A DNA stretch of 64,000 bases, taken from NCBI GenBank assembly GCA_045648925.1, contig JAZROY010000001.1, positions 88,618 to 152,617 on the forward strand, written 5' to 3'. Under the pieces are notes generated by a model. The model had not been told where the DNA came from and made no database searches. It saw nothing but the letters and a program-made list of their open reading frames with translations. Each line of letters starts with the position of its first letter. Positions within the stretch are counted from its first letter, which is position 1. Positions 1-9,328 of the stretch are shown in pieces. Made by a program: the position numbers and the translations under genes. The stretch comes from Candidatus Enterousia sp. Its GTDB lineage: Bacteria; Pseudomonadota; Alphaproteobacteria; Rs-D84.

Positions 1-225
1 TGCCGTCTTGGATTCCCAACACAGACCATTTGCGGCGCGCACATCCATCAACAATGCGTTGAATTACTGTGTTTAACCCCGAACAATCGCCACCTGTTGT
101 CATAATTCCTATCTTTTTTATTGCCAATTTTATCCCCTTTTGTATTTGCTGTTTATTATATCATAAAAAGATTGACAAATAAATATTTTTTGGAATACTT
201 TTGTCAAAGAGCAAAGGAACATAAT

Positions 226-1362
226 ATGACAACTAATAATATTGGAAAAACAAAACGATCCACAGATGATTTAATTGATGATGCAATCGACAGACAACAG
301 TCTTGGTTGAATAATCGCCGCAGATTCACGCGTTATTTTTTAAGAAGATTTAATGTGTTTGAAAAAGACGAACCAGAACAACCAAAAGTTGTTGTTGTAA
401 AAAACGAAAAAGAAACAGAAACACATCAAAAAAATAAAACAATAGTCAAATCTTATTGGTTGCCAATATTGTGTGCTTTGATTGTTATTTTGTTGGCTTT
501 GTTTATAATGTTATTCAAAATTAATGCGCCGGTAAAAGTTATTACTCCACCTGTTCCAGAACCAATTGTAAAACCTGTGGCAAGACAAATTAATGGTCCT
601 TCATTTGATTTGGTACGAATTGAAAAATCTGGTAATATTATTATTGCTGGCCGTAATGTGCGTGAATCTAATATCTCTGTATTAATTAACAAAAAAGTTG
701 TTGCAACAAAACATACTAATAAATCAGGTGAATTTGTCTATGCACCAAACGATGCTTTGAAACCTGGCAATTATGTTATATCGCTAATTGATACGGATAA
801 AAATATCAAATCAGAAGATTCTGTATTCGTTTATGTTTCTGAACGCGGATATAAAAATTCTGTATCGTTGCTTATGACAAAAAATGGTAGCAAAGTTATG
901 CAGGCACCAGAACTCATGGATGGCGATTTGGTCGTGTCAAAAATTGATTATTTGGATACTGGTCGTATGGTTGTGACTGGTCGTGCATTACCAAGATTGC
1001 GCGTATCTTTGTCCTTGGATGATAAATATTTGGGCTTTGCGCGTGTTTCTGATTATAAAAATTTCGGTCTTGGTGCAGACATTGGTAAATTAGAAAGTGG
1101 AAAAGAATATAAGTTAAATATTCGTCTTCACGATGGCGAAGGAACAACAATTGCAAACATAGAACATAAATTTGTTATGCCAGAAATGACTGGTGACGAT
1201 AATACTTTTTATACAGTTAGACGCGGCGATTGTTTGTGGATAATTGCGCGCAACTTTTTGCGCCGTGGTGTTTTGTTTACAATGATAGCCGAAAGAAACA
1301 ATATTGATAATCCTGATTTGATTTACCCAGACCAATTGTTGCAAATACCAATGAAAGATTAA
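226..1362 (+). CDS. Membrane-anchored LysM peptidoglycan-binding protein with Ig-like domains
   Basis: ATG at 226 after AAGGA; one TM segment (YWLPILCALIVILLALFIMLF); C-terminal LysM motif YTVRRGDCLWIIA...NNIDNPDLIYPDQLLQIP. Confidence 0.85.
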   Translation: MTTNNIGKTKRSTDDLIDDAIDRQQSWLNNRRRFTRYFLRRFNVFEKDEPEQPKVVVVKNEKETETHQKNKTIVKSYWLPILCALIVILLALFIMLFKINAPVKVITPPVPEPIVKPVARQINGPSFDLVRIEKSGNIIIAGRNVRESNISVLINKKVVATKHTNKSGEFVYAPNDALKPGNYVISLIDTDKNIKSEDSVFVYVSERGYKNSVSLLMTKNGSKVMQAPELMDGDLVVSKIDYLDTGRMVVTGRALPRLRVSLSLDDKYLGFARVSDYKNFGLGADIGKLESGKEYKLNIRLHDGEGTTIANIEHKFVMPEMTGDDNTFYTVRRGDCLWIIARNFLRRGVLFTMIAERNNIDNPDLIYPDQLLQIPMKD

Positions 1363-1377
1363 AACAAAGGGCGACAT

Positions 1378-1629
1378 ATGAACGACAGACGACAAAATTA
1401 TCGCAATTTTTATTATCCCAAAGAAACAAAAAAACAACAACAAGGGGCTGAAGAACTTTTGGCTTTGATGATGTCGTTTTTATCACACAGTGAATTAAAA
1501 CCATCAGATTGGGTTGCAGTAAACAGAATGATTAAACAACTTGAAGCACACAAGAACAATATAAATAACAAAATTTTAAAATCATTTAAAAATAAATTTG
1601 CAAATATTCAAAAACAATACCAAAGATAA
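1378..1629 (+). CDS. Small hypothetical protein (ends QKQYQR)
   Basis: 83-aa ORF with SD-like AAGGG; fills the gap before the tRNA; no recognised domain. Confidence 0.65.
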   Translation: MNDRRQNYRNFYYPKETKKQQQGAEELLALMMSFLSHSELKPSDWVAVNRMIKQLEAHKNNINNKILKSFKNKFANIQKQYQR

Positions 1630-1676
1630 TTTAATTCTGGACATTCGCCGTATATTTTTGTAGCATCTTGTTCGTT

Positions 1677-1750
1677 GCGGGTGTGGTATAATGGTAGCAC
1701 GAAAGCTTCCCAAGCTTTAGACGAGGGTTCGATTCCCTTCGCCCGCACCA
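1677..1750 (+). tRNA. tRNA-Gly(CCC)
   Basis: Acceptor GCGGGTG/CGCCCGC, anticodon arm AAAGC-TTCCCAA-GCTTT, GGTTCGATTCC T-arm, encoded CCA. Confidence 0.95.
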
Positions 1751-1757
1751 AAAATAG

Positions 1758-1914
1758 AATTGGTCTTGTGCCAATTAAATTTTTGGAATGTGACGATGGA
1801 AGCGAACCCAGCAAAGAGGGTTCGAAAACAAGTAGATTTTGGAAGCGCTAGCGCACCGAAATCGTCACGGTTTGCCCACAGGCAAGAATTGCCGAGGGAT
1901 TCCCTTCGCCCGCA
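1758..1914 (+). repeat. tRNA-linked structured element ending in a 17-bp direct copy of the tRNA-Gly(CCC) 3' end
   Basis: GATTCCCTTCGCCCGCA at 1731-1747 is repeated at 1898-1914; internal hairpins CGAACCC/GGGTTCG, GCGC-TA-GCGC and TTGCC/GGCAA. Confidence 0.75.
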
Positions 1915-1998
1915 TAATTCCACAAAGCCGTTATGGGAAAGTTTTATACGAATAAGAAATTGATAGAATAAAAAAACAAACATAAAAGATGCGCAAAT

Positions 1999-2625
1999 AT
2001 GACAGATAACGAAATACAACAAGTGCTAAAAGATATTTTTGTTCTTACTAATTCAATGGACAAAGAACATTTAATCAAATTATTTCAAACATTAACAGGT
2101 GAAGATAAAGTTGGTTTGGTTTTTGAACCAACCATGCGTAAAACTGTTAAAAAAGCACTTAAAGATTATATCTGTATGGGGCATCTTTGGACACAAATTA
2201 CATACAAGCAAATGAAACAAATGTATACCATTATGGGTGATTATGGACATTATCCCGTGTGTAAATTATGTGGTAAACCAATTCATATCAACAGTCAAAC
2301 TGTTCGTAATTCTGTGATCAAAAGAAATAACAAAGAATTTACTTGGGACCATATTTTCCCAAAATCTTTGGGCGGCGCAAATGATTTGTCTAATATGCAA
2401 CCAACCCATAAAATATGCAATAATCATAAAGGAAACACATTACCAGAAGAACATGTTCATTATGAAATAAATATTGTCATTAATATGTGTTTCGATGATT
2501 GTGCAAACAAGGTTGTTCGTAATAAAAACAGAAATATTAAAAAAGTTAACCCGATTTTACGCAAACAAGATTCATGGTGTCACAAGCACAGAAAATGTCA
2601 CTTTGGCAAGGGGTGTCGCGGATAA
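1999..2625 (+). CDS. HNH endonuclease family protein
   Basis: CKLC zinc knuckle followed by TWDHIFPKSLGGANDLSNMQPTHKICNNHKG. Confidence 0.85.
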   Translation: MTDNEIQQVLKDIFVLTNSMDKEHLIKLFQTLTGEDKVGLVFEPTMRKTVKKALKDYICMGHLWTQITYKQMKQMYTIMGDYGHYPVCKLCGKPIHINSQTVRNSVIKRNNKEFTWDHIFPKSLGGANDLSNMQPTHKICNNHKGNTLPEEHVHYEINIVINMCFDDCANKVVRNKNRNIKKVNPILRKQDSWCHKHRKCHFGKGCRG

Positions 2626-2638
2626 ACACAATAAATAT

Positions 2639-2667
2639 TTGACTTTTCAAGTTTTAAAGTCCATAAT
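2639..2667 (+). promoter_or_regulatory. Sigma70 promoter of the rpsP operon
   Basis: TTGACT-17 bp-CATAAT. Confidence 0.6.
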
Positions 2668-2679
2668 AGACCTGCAAAT

Positions 2680-2779
2680 CCCAAAGATTGCTATTATTGA
2701 AAACCCTGTGTGCGGTATGCACAAGGAACATCAACCGGCGAGTTTTCGCTCTTGATGACGGTTTTGGTATGTTTTTGGG
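2680..2779 (+). promoter_or_regulatory. Structured 5' leader of rpsP (candidate r-leader)
   Basis: Outer stem CCCAAAGA/TTTTTGGG; AAAACC/GGTTTT closes two hairpins (TGTGC/GCACA; CATCAA...GGCGA/TCGCT...TTGATG). Confidence 0.5.
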
Positions 2780-2817
2780 CAAATAAAAAGATTAAAAACA
2801 AAAAAAGGAAAAAAAAT

Positions 2818-3282
2818 ATGGCAACAGTTATTAGATTGGCGCGTTATGGTGCAAAAAAACGCCCTTATTATCATGTGGTGGTCACAGATTCTAGAAATGC
2901 GCGTAATTCAGGTGCAATTTTGGAAACAGTTGGTAAATACAATCCAATGCTCGCTAAAAATGATGAAAAACGCGTTGTTTTGGATGTCGAAAAAGTTAAA
3001 GCATGGATGGCAAAAGGCGCCAAACCATCTGACCGTGTTTACAAATTCTTGGTAAATGCTGGCTTGGTTGCGGCAAAACCAATCCCAACACAAACCAAGA
3101 AAAATCAACCAAGTGAAAAAACACAACAGAAAGCAAAAGACAAAGCAGACAAATTGGCAAAGATAGCAGAAGAAAAAGCAAATGCAGAAGCTGCCGCTAA
3201 GGCTGCAGCCGAAACGCCTGCTGAACCTGTTGCAGAAACACCAGCCGAAGAATCTGCCACACCAGAAAACAGCGCGGAGTAA
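2818..3282 (+). CDS. rpsP: 30S ribosomal protein S16
   Basis: MATVIRLARYGAKKRPYYHVVVTDSR, GAKPSDRV; Ala/Glu/Pro tail typical of alphaproteobacteria. Confidence 0.97.
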   Translation: MATVIRLARYGAKKRPYYHVVVTDSRNARNSGAILETVGKYNPMLAKNDEKRVVLDVEKVKAWMAKGAKPSDRVYKFLVNAGLVAAKPIPTQTKKNQPSEKTQQKAKDKADKLAKIAEEKANAEAAAKAAAETPAEPVAETPAEESATPENSAE

Positions 3283-3285
3283 AGC

Positions 3286-3516
3286 ATGCCTGATATAAAC
3301 GATGCATCGTGTCCGTTTGATGATAAACCTTGTCAAAGCAAACAGAATTATTTTGAAGAATTAAGGATGTTCGCTTTTCGCAGTCCTGAATTAGTTGTAC
3401 CTTATCAGACAAATCTGTTTATTGGATGCCCGATAAAAGCTGATGTAGAACGCAAAGAAATATGCGAAAGGTTTCGTCAATATTGTATAAAAAATAACTA
3501 TGATAAACAACGATAA
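3286..3516 (+). CDS. Small Cys-containing hypothetical protein inserted between rpsP and rimM (ends DKQR)
   Basis: Starts 3 nt after the rpsP stop and overlaps the rimM start; 5 Cys. Confidence 0.7.
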   Translation: MPDINDASCPFDDKPCQSKQNYFEELRMFAFRSPELVVPYQTNLFIGCPIKADVERKEICERFRQYCIKNNYDKQR

Positions 3517-3967
3517 TAGAATCTTGGTTGGAAAGATTGTTGCCTTTCAAGGTGTGCGCGGTGATGTGCGTGTTCAAACATACACTGCCGCGCCATCTGA
3601 TTTTCGTGATTTGAAAATAATCGGCGACAGATTTTCAACTGACGATTTTCACTTTGTTCGTGCTTTGCCAAATTCTAATGTGATAATTGCACATATTAAC
3701 GGCTTTGAAGACAGAACATCTGCCGAAGTTTTGCGCGGAACAGAATTGTTTATAGAACGCGATACTTTGCCAGAAATCAAAGACGGCGAATACTATCAAA
3801 CTGATTTAATCGGTTTTGATGTTATTCGTGACGGTAAAAAAGTCGGTGTTGTTGATGGTTTTCAAAACTTTGGTGCAGGTGACATCATTGAACTGGATAA
3901 CGGTGAAATGGTATCTTTTATTGGCGCAAGTGTTGATTTGGATAAAAAAACAATATTTATAAAATGA
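3500..3967 (+). CDS. rimM: 16S rRNA processing protein RimM
   Basis: VGKIVAFQGVRGDVRV, EYYQTDLIG, NFGAGDIIE; synteny with rpsP and trmD. Confidence 0.95.
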   Translation: MINNDNRILVGKIVAFQGVRGDVRVQTYTAAPSDFRDLKIIGDRFSTDDFHFVRALPNSNVIIAHINGFEDRTSAEVLRGTELFIERDTLPEIKDGEYYQTDLIGFDVIRDGKKVGVVDGFQNFGAGDIIELDNGEMVSFIGASVDLDKKTIFIK

Positions 3968-4650
3968 AAATGCACTTTAACATATTGACAATCTTTCCAG
4001 AAATGTTTCCAGGAACGCTTTCCGGCGGGGTTGTTGGGCGTGCTTTGGAAAAAAAGATTTGGTCGTATGACACCATTAATATTCGTGATTTTGCAATAAA
4101 TAATTATGGCAGTGTTGATGACGAACAATTTGGTGGTGGTGCGGGTATGGTTATGCGCCCTGATGTTGTTGGAAACGCGATAGATTCTATTAAAAATCCG
4201 GGCAAAATCATATTCTTTTCACCGCGTGGGAAACCTTTGACACAACAAATGGTTCACGAATATATAAAAAATGATACGATAACCCTGCTCTGTGGTCGTT
4301 ATGAAGGTCTGGACCAGCGGGTTATCGATGAATACGATATTGAAGAAGTATCAATCGGAGATTATGTGTTATCTGGGGGCGAACTGGCTGCGCAAGTTTT
4401 TGTTGACACTGCCGTTCGTCTGTTAGATAATGTATTGGGTGGCGGTCTTGATTCCACCCAAAATGAAAGTTTTGAAATCGGCGGGCTTGAATGGCCATTA
4501 TATACCCGTCCGTCAGTATGGCGTGGACACAGTGTCCCAGAAGTCCTGCTGTCCGGTCACCATGGCAATATAGAAAGGTGGCGGAAACAACAATCGGACG
4601 ACATAACAAAGGAACGTCGTCCGGACTTAATAAAGGAAAATGAAAAATGA
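3964..4650 (+). CDS. trmD: tRNA (guanine-N1)-methyltransferase
   Basis: [37 protein letters not shown]. Confidence 0.97.
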   Translation: MKMHFNILTIFPEMFPGTLSGGVVGRALEKKIWSYDTINIRDFAINNYGSVDDEQFGGGAGMVMRPDVVGNAIDSIKNPGKIIFFSPRGKPLTQQMVHEYIKNDTITLLCGRYEGLDQRVIDEYDIEEVSIGDYVLSGGELAAQVFVDTAVRLLDNVLGGGLDSTQNESFEIGGLEWPLYTRPSVWRGHSVPEVLLSGHHGNIERWRKQQSDDITKERRPDLIKENEK

Positions 4651-5036
4651 GCATAATTAAAAAAATTGAACAAGCACAAGTCGCAAAATTAAAAGGCGAT
4701 AAAAAAATCCCTGAATTCAAAGCTGGGGATACTGTCAAAGTTCATGTGAAAATTAAAGATGGCGATAAATTCCGTATCCAAATATTCGAGGGTGTTGTTA
4801 TTGCACGCGATGGTGGAAACGGAAACAATGCTTCATTTACTGTGCGCCGTGAATCTTATGGTGTTGGTGTTGAACGCAAATTCCCATTATACACACCTGC
4901 GGTTGAAAAAATTGAAAAGGTTCGTGTCGGTAAAGTTCGCCGTTCTAAATTGTTCTTTTTACGTGGCTTGTCTGGCAAAAAGGCAAGAATCGTTGAAGAT
5001 TTGTCTGCTAATACAAAAAACAGCGAAGACAAATAA
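4647..5036 (+). CDS. rplS: 50S ribosomal protein L19
   Basis: [41 protein letters not shown]. Confidence 0.97.
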   Translation: MSIIKKIEQAQVAKLKGDKKIPEFKAGDTVKVHVKIKDGDKFRIQIFEGVVIARDGGNGNNASFTVRRESYGVGVERKFPLYTPAVEKIEKVRVGKVRRSKLFFLRGLSGKKARIVEDLSANTKNSEDK

Positions 5037-5064
5037 TTATTAAAATAACAAGGGGGTGAGATAA

Positions 5065-5424
5065 ATGAGTAGAATTAAATTATTATATTTGTTTATAACA
5101 CCCCTGTTTTTGTTATCTGCTGTCCCTGCTTTCGCATATATTGAAAAAAATACCGCGGTTGTTCGTATAATGAACAAGGCCGCAGGCAAGGCACAGCTTG
5201 CCTCTATTCGTGTTGGTCAAACATTTCAACAGGATGGTTTAATTATAAAGATAAGAAATTGCAAACAAAGCGATCCTTTTGATGCAGAAAACTTTTTCGG
5301 TTTTCTTGAAATATACACAAAATCAGAAGGTCGTATTTTTAGTGGTTGGATGAACCGTAACGAACCAGGAAACAACCCATTGCAAGATGATACTTATGAT
5401 GTGTGGCTTGAAAAGTGCGAGTAA
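5065..5424 (+). CDS. DUF2155 domain-containing exported protein
   Basis: Signal peptide; IFSGWM and YDVWLEKC motifs. Confidence 0.8.
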   Translation: MSRIKLLYLFITPLFLLSAVPAFAYIEKNTAVVRIMNKAAGKAQLASIRVGQTFQQDGLIIKIRNCKQSDPFDAENFFGFLEIYTKSEGRIFSGWMNRNEPGNNPLQDDTYDVWLEKCE

Positions 5425-5427
5425 ACA

Positions 5428-5760
5428 ATGACCCGAAAAACCAAAATTCAACAAATAAAACTGGTTATAAAAATATCTATCGTTGTTTTTATGCTGGGAA
5501 TATTTATTGGGCTGGTATTTTTTGTCCAACCAATAAGAACTTTTGAAAAATCACACATGAAAAAATGGTTGTCTTTATCTGAACAAGACAGAATTACAAC
5601 TGTCCAACGAATTATTCCAAACGCAGATCAACAAGATTTGTTAATAGAGTGTATAACCAAAATAGCTGAATTGCCAGATTCTGATAAGATGATAATACAT
5701 GATGCTGCTGTGCTTTGTTATAACGGCATAAAACTTAATTCCCAATCTGATGAAAAATAA
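5428..5760 (+). CDS. Hypothetical membrane-anchored protein
   Basis: One N-terminal TM helix; tight operon packing. Confidence 0.7.
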   Translation: MTRKTKIQQIKLVIKISIVVFMLGIFIGLVFFVQPIRTFEKSHMKKWLSLSEQDRITTVQRIIPNADQQDLLIECITKIAELPDSDKMIIHDAAVLCYNGIKLNSQSDEK

Positions 5761-6445
5761 ATTATTGTTTATATTTTGTTTGTGTCTATTATGTGGATGC
5801 GCGCGCAAAGAACACTATATCGGCGAACAATATCTTGGAACAAAATATTTAATAGACCCACTTGGCGAAGAAAAAGCGCCAGACAAAGACCCGCTAATTA
5901 GATACGATGCGTTTGATTGTATGACATTTGTTGAAACTTGCTTGGCAAATGGCGATGTGGAAAAACTGAATAAAATCAGATATAAAAATGGTAAAATAGG
6001 ATTGCTAAATCGTAATCATTTTGTTGAAACAGATTGGTTGAACAATAATTCGAACTTGCTTGAAAATGTTAGCAATCAATACGGAAAAACCGAAAGAAAA
6101 AAAGTGACTATTGATAAAAAAGCATGGTTTAAAAAGAAATATAATATAAACACAAGATTTAAAACACAAACAGCTATTCTAGAATATATACCCTATTCTG
6201 AATTTAAACCAATTAGCACAGAAGAACCATTAATTGTGTTATTTATTATTGGAAATTTAAAATATTATGCTAAAATGGGTTCGGGTTTGTCTGTTGCACA
6301 CATGGGTTTTTTACTGCCTAATGGCATGTTAAGGCATGCTTCGAAAACAGATATGTGTGTGACAGATGTAGATTTTAATGAATACATACAAAAGCATAAA
6401 AAATATAAAAAACACATTGGCTTTGCATTGGTGAAGATAAAATGA
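5750..6445 (+). CDS. DUF1460 / NlpC-P60-like amidase lipoprotein
   Basis: Lipobox LCGC; YLGTKY, FDCMTFVE (catalytic Cys), RNHF, HMGF, LRHAS. Confidence 0.8.
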   Translation: MKNKLLFIFCLCLLCGCARKEHYIGEQYLGTKYLIDPLGEEKAPDKDPLIRYDAFDCMTFVETCLANGDVEKLNKIRYKNGKIGLLNRNHFVETDWLNNNSNLLENVSNQYGKTERKKVTIDKKAWFKKKYNINTRFKTQTAILEYIPYSEFKPISTEEPLIVLFIIGNLKYYAKMGSGLSVAHMGFLLPNGMLRHASKTDMCVTDVDFNEYIQKHKKYKKHIGFALVKIK

Positions 6446-7566
6446 ATAACGACAAATTAATTATAACAGATATGGGCAGCGATACAGAACACAAGGGTCG
6501 TGATGATTCTATTTTGTGTTTGGGCATTGAATCATCTTGTGATGAAACCAGTGCTGCGATTGTCGATGATAACAAAAATATTCTATCACATATTATATAT
6601 TCTCAAATTCCAGAACACCAACAATACGGTGGTGTCGTTCCAGAATTGGCGGCACGCGCACATATTCTTGCCATAGACGAAGTCATAAAACTGACGCTGG
6701 AACGTGCAGGTAAAACTATTGACGATATTGATGTTGTTGCTGCTACTGCGGGTCCTGGGTTAATTGGCGGTGTTTTGGTTGGATGGCTGGCTGCCACGGG
6801 CATAGCAAACGCAACTAATAAACCTTTGATAGCGGTTAATCATTTGGAAGGTCACGCATTAGTTCCACGGCTTAAAGCAACTTCGGCAAGCGATTCTGCT
6901 ACAAATATTAATGTTGAATTTCCCTATTTATTAATGTTGGCATCTGGTGGGCATTGTCAGATTTTATTGGTGCGTGGTGTTGGAAAATATGAATTAATTG
7001 GGCAAACACTTGATGATAGTGCGGGCGAAGCATTCGATAAAATCGCAAAAATGTTGGGGCTTGGATATCCTGGGGGTCCAATTGTTGATAAACGCGCACA
7101 AATTGGCGACAAAAAAAGATTCCATTTTCCGCGACCACTGTGCGACAAACCGGGGTGTGATTTTTCTTTCTCTGGCATAAAAACAGCAGCGCGTATGTTG
7201 TTGGATAAAACAGATAAATCAAAAATTGATGAAAAATTTATAGATGATTTTTGTGCTTCTTTCCAATCGGCTGTGGTCGATTGTATAACAAACAGATTAC
7301 GCAATGCAATGTCTGACAATCGCGTAAAAAGCGCGCAACCAAAAACTTTGGTTGTTGCTGGCGGTGTTGCCAAGAACAGCGCAATACGTGGCGCCATGGA
7401 AAAACTGGCAACAGATTTTAATATGCAATTTGCCGCACCACCAATGAATTTGTGTACAGATAATGGTGCAATGATTGCATGGGCAGGAATAGAAAATTAC
7501 AAGGTTGGAAAAACTGTCAAAGAACTAATTGCACCCCGCCCCCGTTGGCCGTTGACTGAATTATAA
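6442..7566 (+). CDS. tsaD: tRNA N6-threonylcarbamoyltransferase TsaD
   Basis: LGIESSCDET, GGVVPELAARAH, VNHLEGH, SGGH, DDSAGEAFDK, CTDNGAMIA. Confidence 0.97.
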   Translation: MNNDKLIITDMGSDTEHKGRDDSILCLGIESSCDETSAAIVDDNKNILSHIIYSQIPEHQQYGGVVPELAARAHILAIDEVIKLTLERAGKTIDDIDVVAATAGPGLIGGVLVGWLAATGIANATNKPLIAVNHLEGHALVPRLKATSASDSATNINVEFPYLLMLASGGHCQILLVRGVGKYELIGQTLDDSAGEAFDKIAKMLGLGYPGGPIVDKRAQIGDKKRFHFPRPLCDKPGCDFSFSGIKTAARMLLDKTDKSKIDEKFIDDFCASFQSAVVDCITNRLRNAMSDNRVKSAQPKTLVVAGGVAKNSAIRGAMEKLATDFNMQFAAPPMNLCTDNGAMIAWAGIENYKVGKTVKELIAPRPRWPLTEL

Positions 7567-7587
7567 AAAAATGATACAATATCCGTT

Positions 7588-8088
7588 ATGAAAAGTTACG
7601 CACAGCGATATGAAGAATTTACATCGGCTACCGTTAAATTGGCCGAACAGATTCATAATGCTAATCGTGAAAAAGTGGTTAATGCTAAATACACTCTGCC
7701 ACAAATAACATTGGCTTTGCGCAATATTTATAAAGATCCGCTTTTTCATGAAAAATTTGTGTCCAGCAAAATGTCTGACAATAAATGGTCGTCTGGTTTT
7801 TGCGCTATGGCCAGTGTTGTTATTTATGAAATGTATGGTGGGGAAAATGTGTGGGAATTGATGGCAATTCGTCAAAAAGATTGGCCGCGAAGCCCTGTGG
7901 TGTTTTTGCGTGACAAAATAACCGGTTTGAATTTTGGAACAACAGGCGAACATTTTTATCCGGAAACTATACCATACGAAATAGGAAGACCATTAAACCC
8001 GGAAAAATTAAAAACACCGAACAAAGAAACTTTTAAAAATGTTTTGATGTTTGAATTGGCGCGGTTAAATAAAAATTCTAAAAAGTAA
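7588..8088 (+). CDS. Hypothetical protein, possible degenerate transglutaminase/papain-like fold
   Basis: GFCAMAS...YGG...VFLRD...TGEHF spacing resembles YunG-like proteins; weak match. Confidence 0.6.
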   Translation: MKSYAQRYEEFTSATVKLAEQIHNANREKVVNAKYTLPQITLALRNIYKDPLFHEKFVSSKMSDNKWSSGFCAMASVVIYEMYGGENVWELMAIRQKDWPRSPVVFLRDKITGLNFGTTGEHFYPETIPYEIGRPLNPEKLKTPNKETFKNVLMFELARLNKNSKK

Positions 8089-8092
8089 AATC

Positions 8093-9328
8093 ATGCTACC
8101 GAAACCAGAACCTTTTGTTAAACCAGATATGATTTTCAGTGTAACTGACGCTACAACATTATTGAAAAAAGTTGTCGAAACCGCTTTCCCTGAAATTCGT
8201 ATTCGCGGTGAATTATCTGGGATTACGCGCGCGACATCTGGACATTTATATATGACGATAAAAGATGCCAATGCCGCGATAAACGCGATTATTTGGCGCG
8301 GAACACCGGTTGGGTTTAAACTTGAAGAAGGGACCGAAGTTATCGTTACCGGTCGTTTTACAACCTATCCTGCGCGCAGTAATTACCAGATTATTATAAA
8401 TTCTATTGAACTGGCTGGGGTTGGCGCGATACTCAAAATGTTGGAAATGCGCAAACAAAAACTCGCCACCGAAGGTTTGTTTGATGTATCACGCAAAAAG
8501 CCATTGCCGCGTTTTCCACAAACTATCGGCATTGTGACAAGTCCTACTGGGGCGGCATTTCAAGATATTCAAAACAGATTGCGCGAAAGATTTCCTGTGC
8601 ATATATTGCTTTACCCGGCTACTGTCCAGGGCGCAACCGCGGCAGCTGAAGTTGCGGCAGGTATTGAATATTTCAACGCAAAAAACAATGTTGATGTTAT
8701 TATTGTTGCGCGTGGTGGTGGCGCACTGGAAGATTTATTGCCATTTAGCGAAGAAATTGTTGTTCGTGCCGCTGCAGCAAGTCATATTCCACTTATTTCC
8801 GGTGTTGGACACGAACCAGATTGGATGCTGATTGATTTCGCGGCAGATGTTCGTGCGCCCACCCCTACGGGTGCTGCAGAAATGGTCGTACCAACAAAAT
8901 TATCACTGGTCCAAGAACTTGATAATTTATCACACAGATTAAATACTGCTTTTGTGACCAAGATTTCTCACCTTAAACGCGATATTATAAATGTGAATAT
9001 CAAAAGTCCGAAACAAATATTGATGGAACAAGGACAAAGAATCGATGATTTGGCACGAACCATGTCTATAATCATTGATAACAAAATAAATATGACACGG
9101 CAAAAAATCGAATTGATGTCTAGATTCCCAATGATTATGGAAAACAGATTAAATATATTAAAACAATCTCTGACACATACTGGGCAAATGTTAAAATCTT
9201 TGTCTTATAAAAATGTTTTGGCACGCGGTTTTGCTATTGTTCGCGACAAAGACAACAAGATAATAAGCACCAATACCGCAATTCCAGCCAGTATTGAATT
9301 CAGTGATGGTATATTAAAACTTGATTAA
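8093..9328 (+). CDS. xseA: Exodeoxyribonuclease VII large subunit
   Basis: SGHLY, IVTSPTGAA, IIVARGGG, SGVGHE, RAPTPTGAAE. Confidence 0.97.
   Translation: MLPKPEPFVKPDMIFSVTDATTLLKKVVETAFPEIRIRGELSGITRATSGHLYMTIKDANAAINAIIWRGTPVGFKLEEGTEVIVTGRFTTYPARSNYQIIINSIELAGVGAILKMLEMRKQKLATEGLFDVSRKKPLPRFPQTIGIVTSPTGAAFQDIQNRLRERFPVHILLYPATVQGATAAAEVAAGIEYFNAKNNVDVIIVARGGGALEDLLPFSEEIVVRAAAASHIPLISGVGHEPDWMLIDFAADVRAPTPTGAAEMVVPTKLSLVQELDNLSHRLNTAFVTKISHLKRDIINVNIKSPKQILMEQGQRIDDLARTMSIIIDNKINMTRQKIELMSRFPMIMENRLNILKQSLTHTGQMLKSLSYKNVLARGFAIVRDKDNKIISTNTAIPASIEFSDGILKLD

Noticed and set aside
1717-2022. Short ORFs over tRNAs and their tails (also 1760-1963, 23017-23211, 26130-26318, 36922-37318, 50631-50819)
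   Set aside because: They overlap tRNA genes or structured non-coding elements and have no protein-like features.
1760-2625. IscB/omegaRNA (HEARO) system
   Set aside because: The HNH protein is only 208 aa and shows no PLMP, split RuvC or bridge helix.
9314-9328. Convergent 15-nt overlap of xseA and recN
   Set aside because: Short tail-to-tail overlaps are ordinary in compact genomes.
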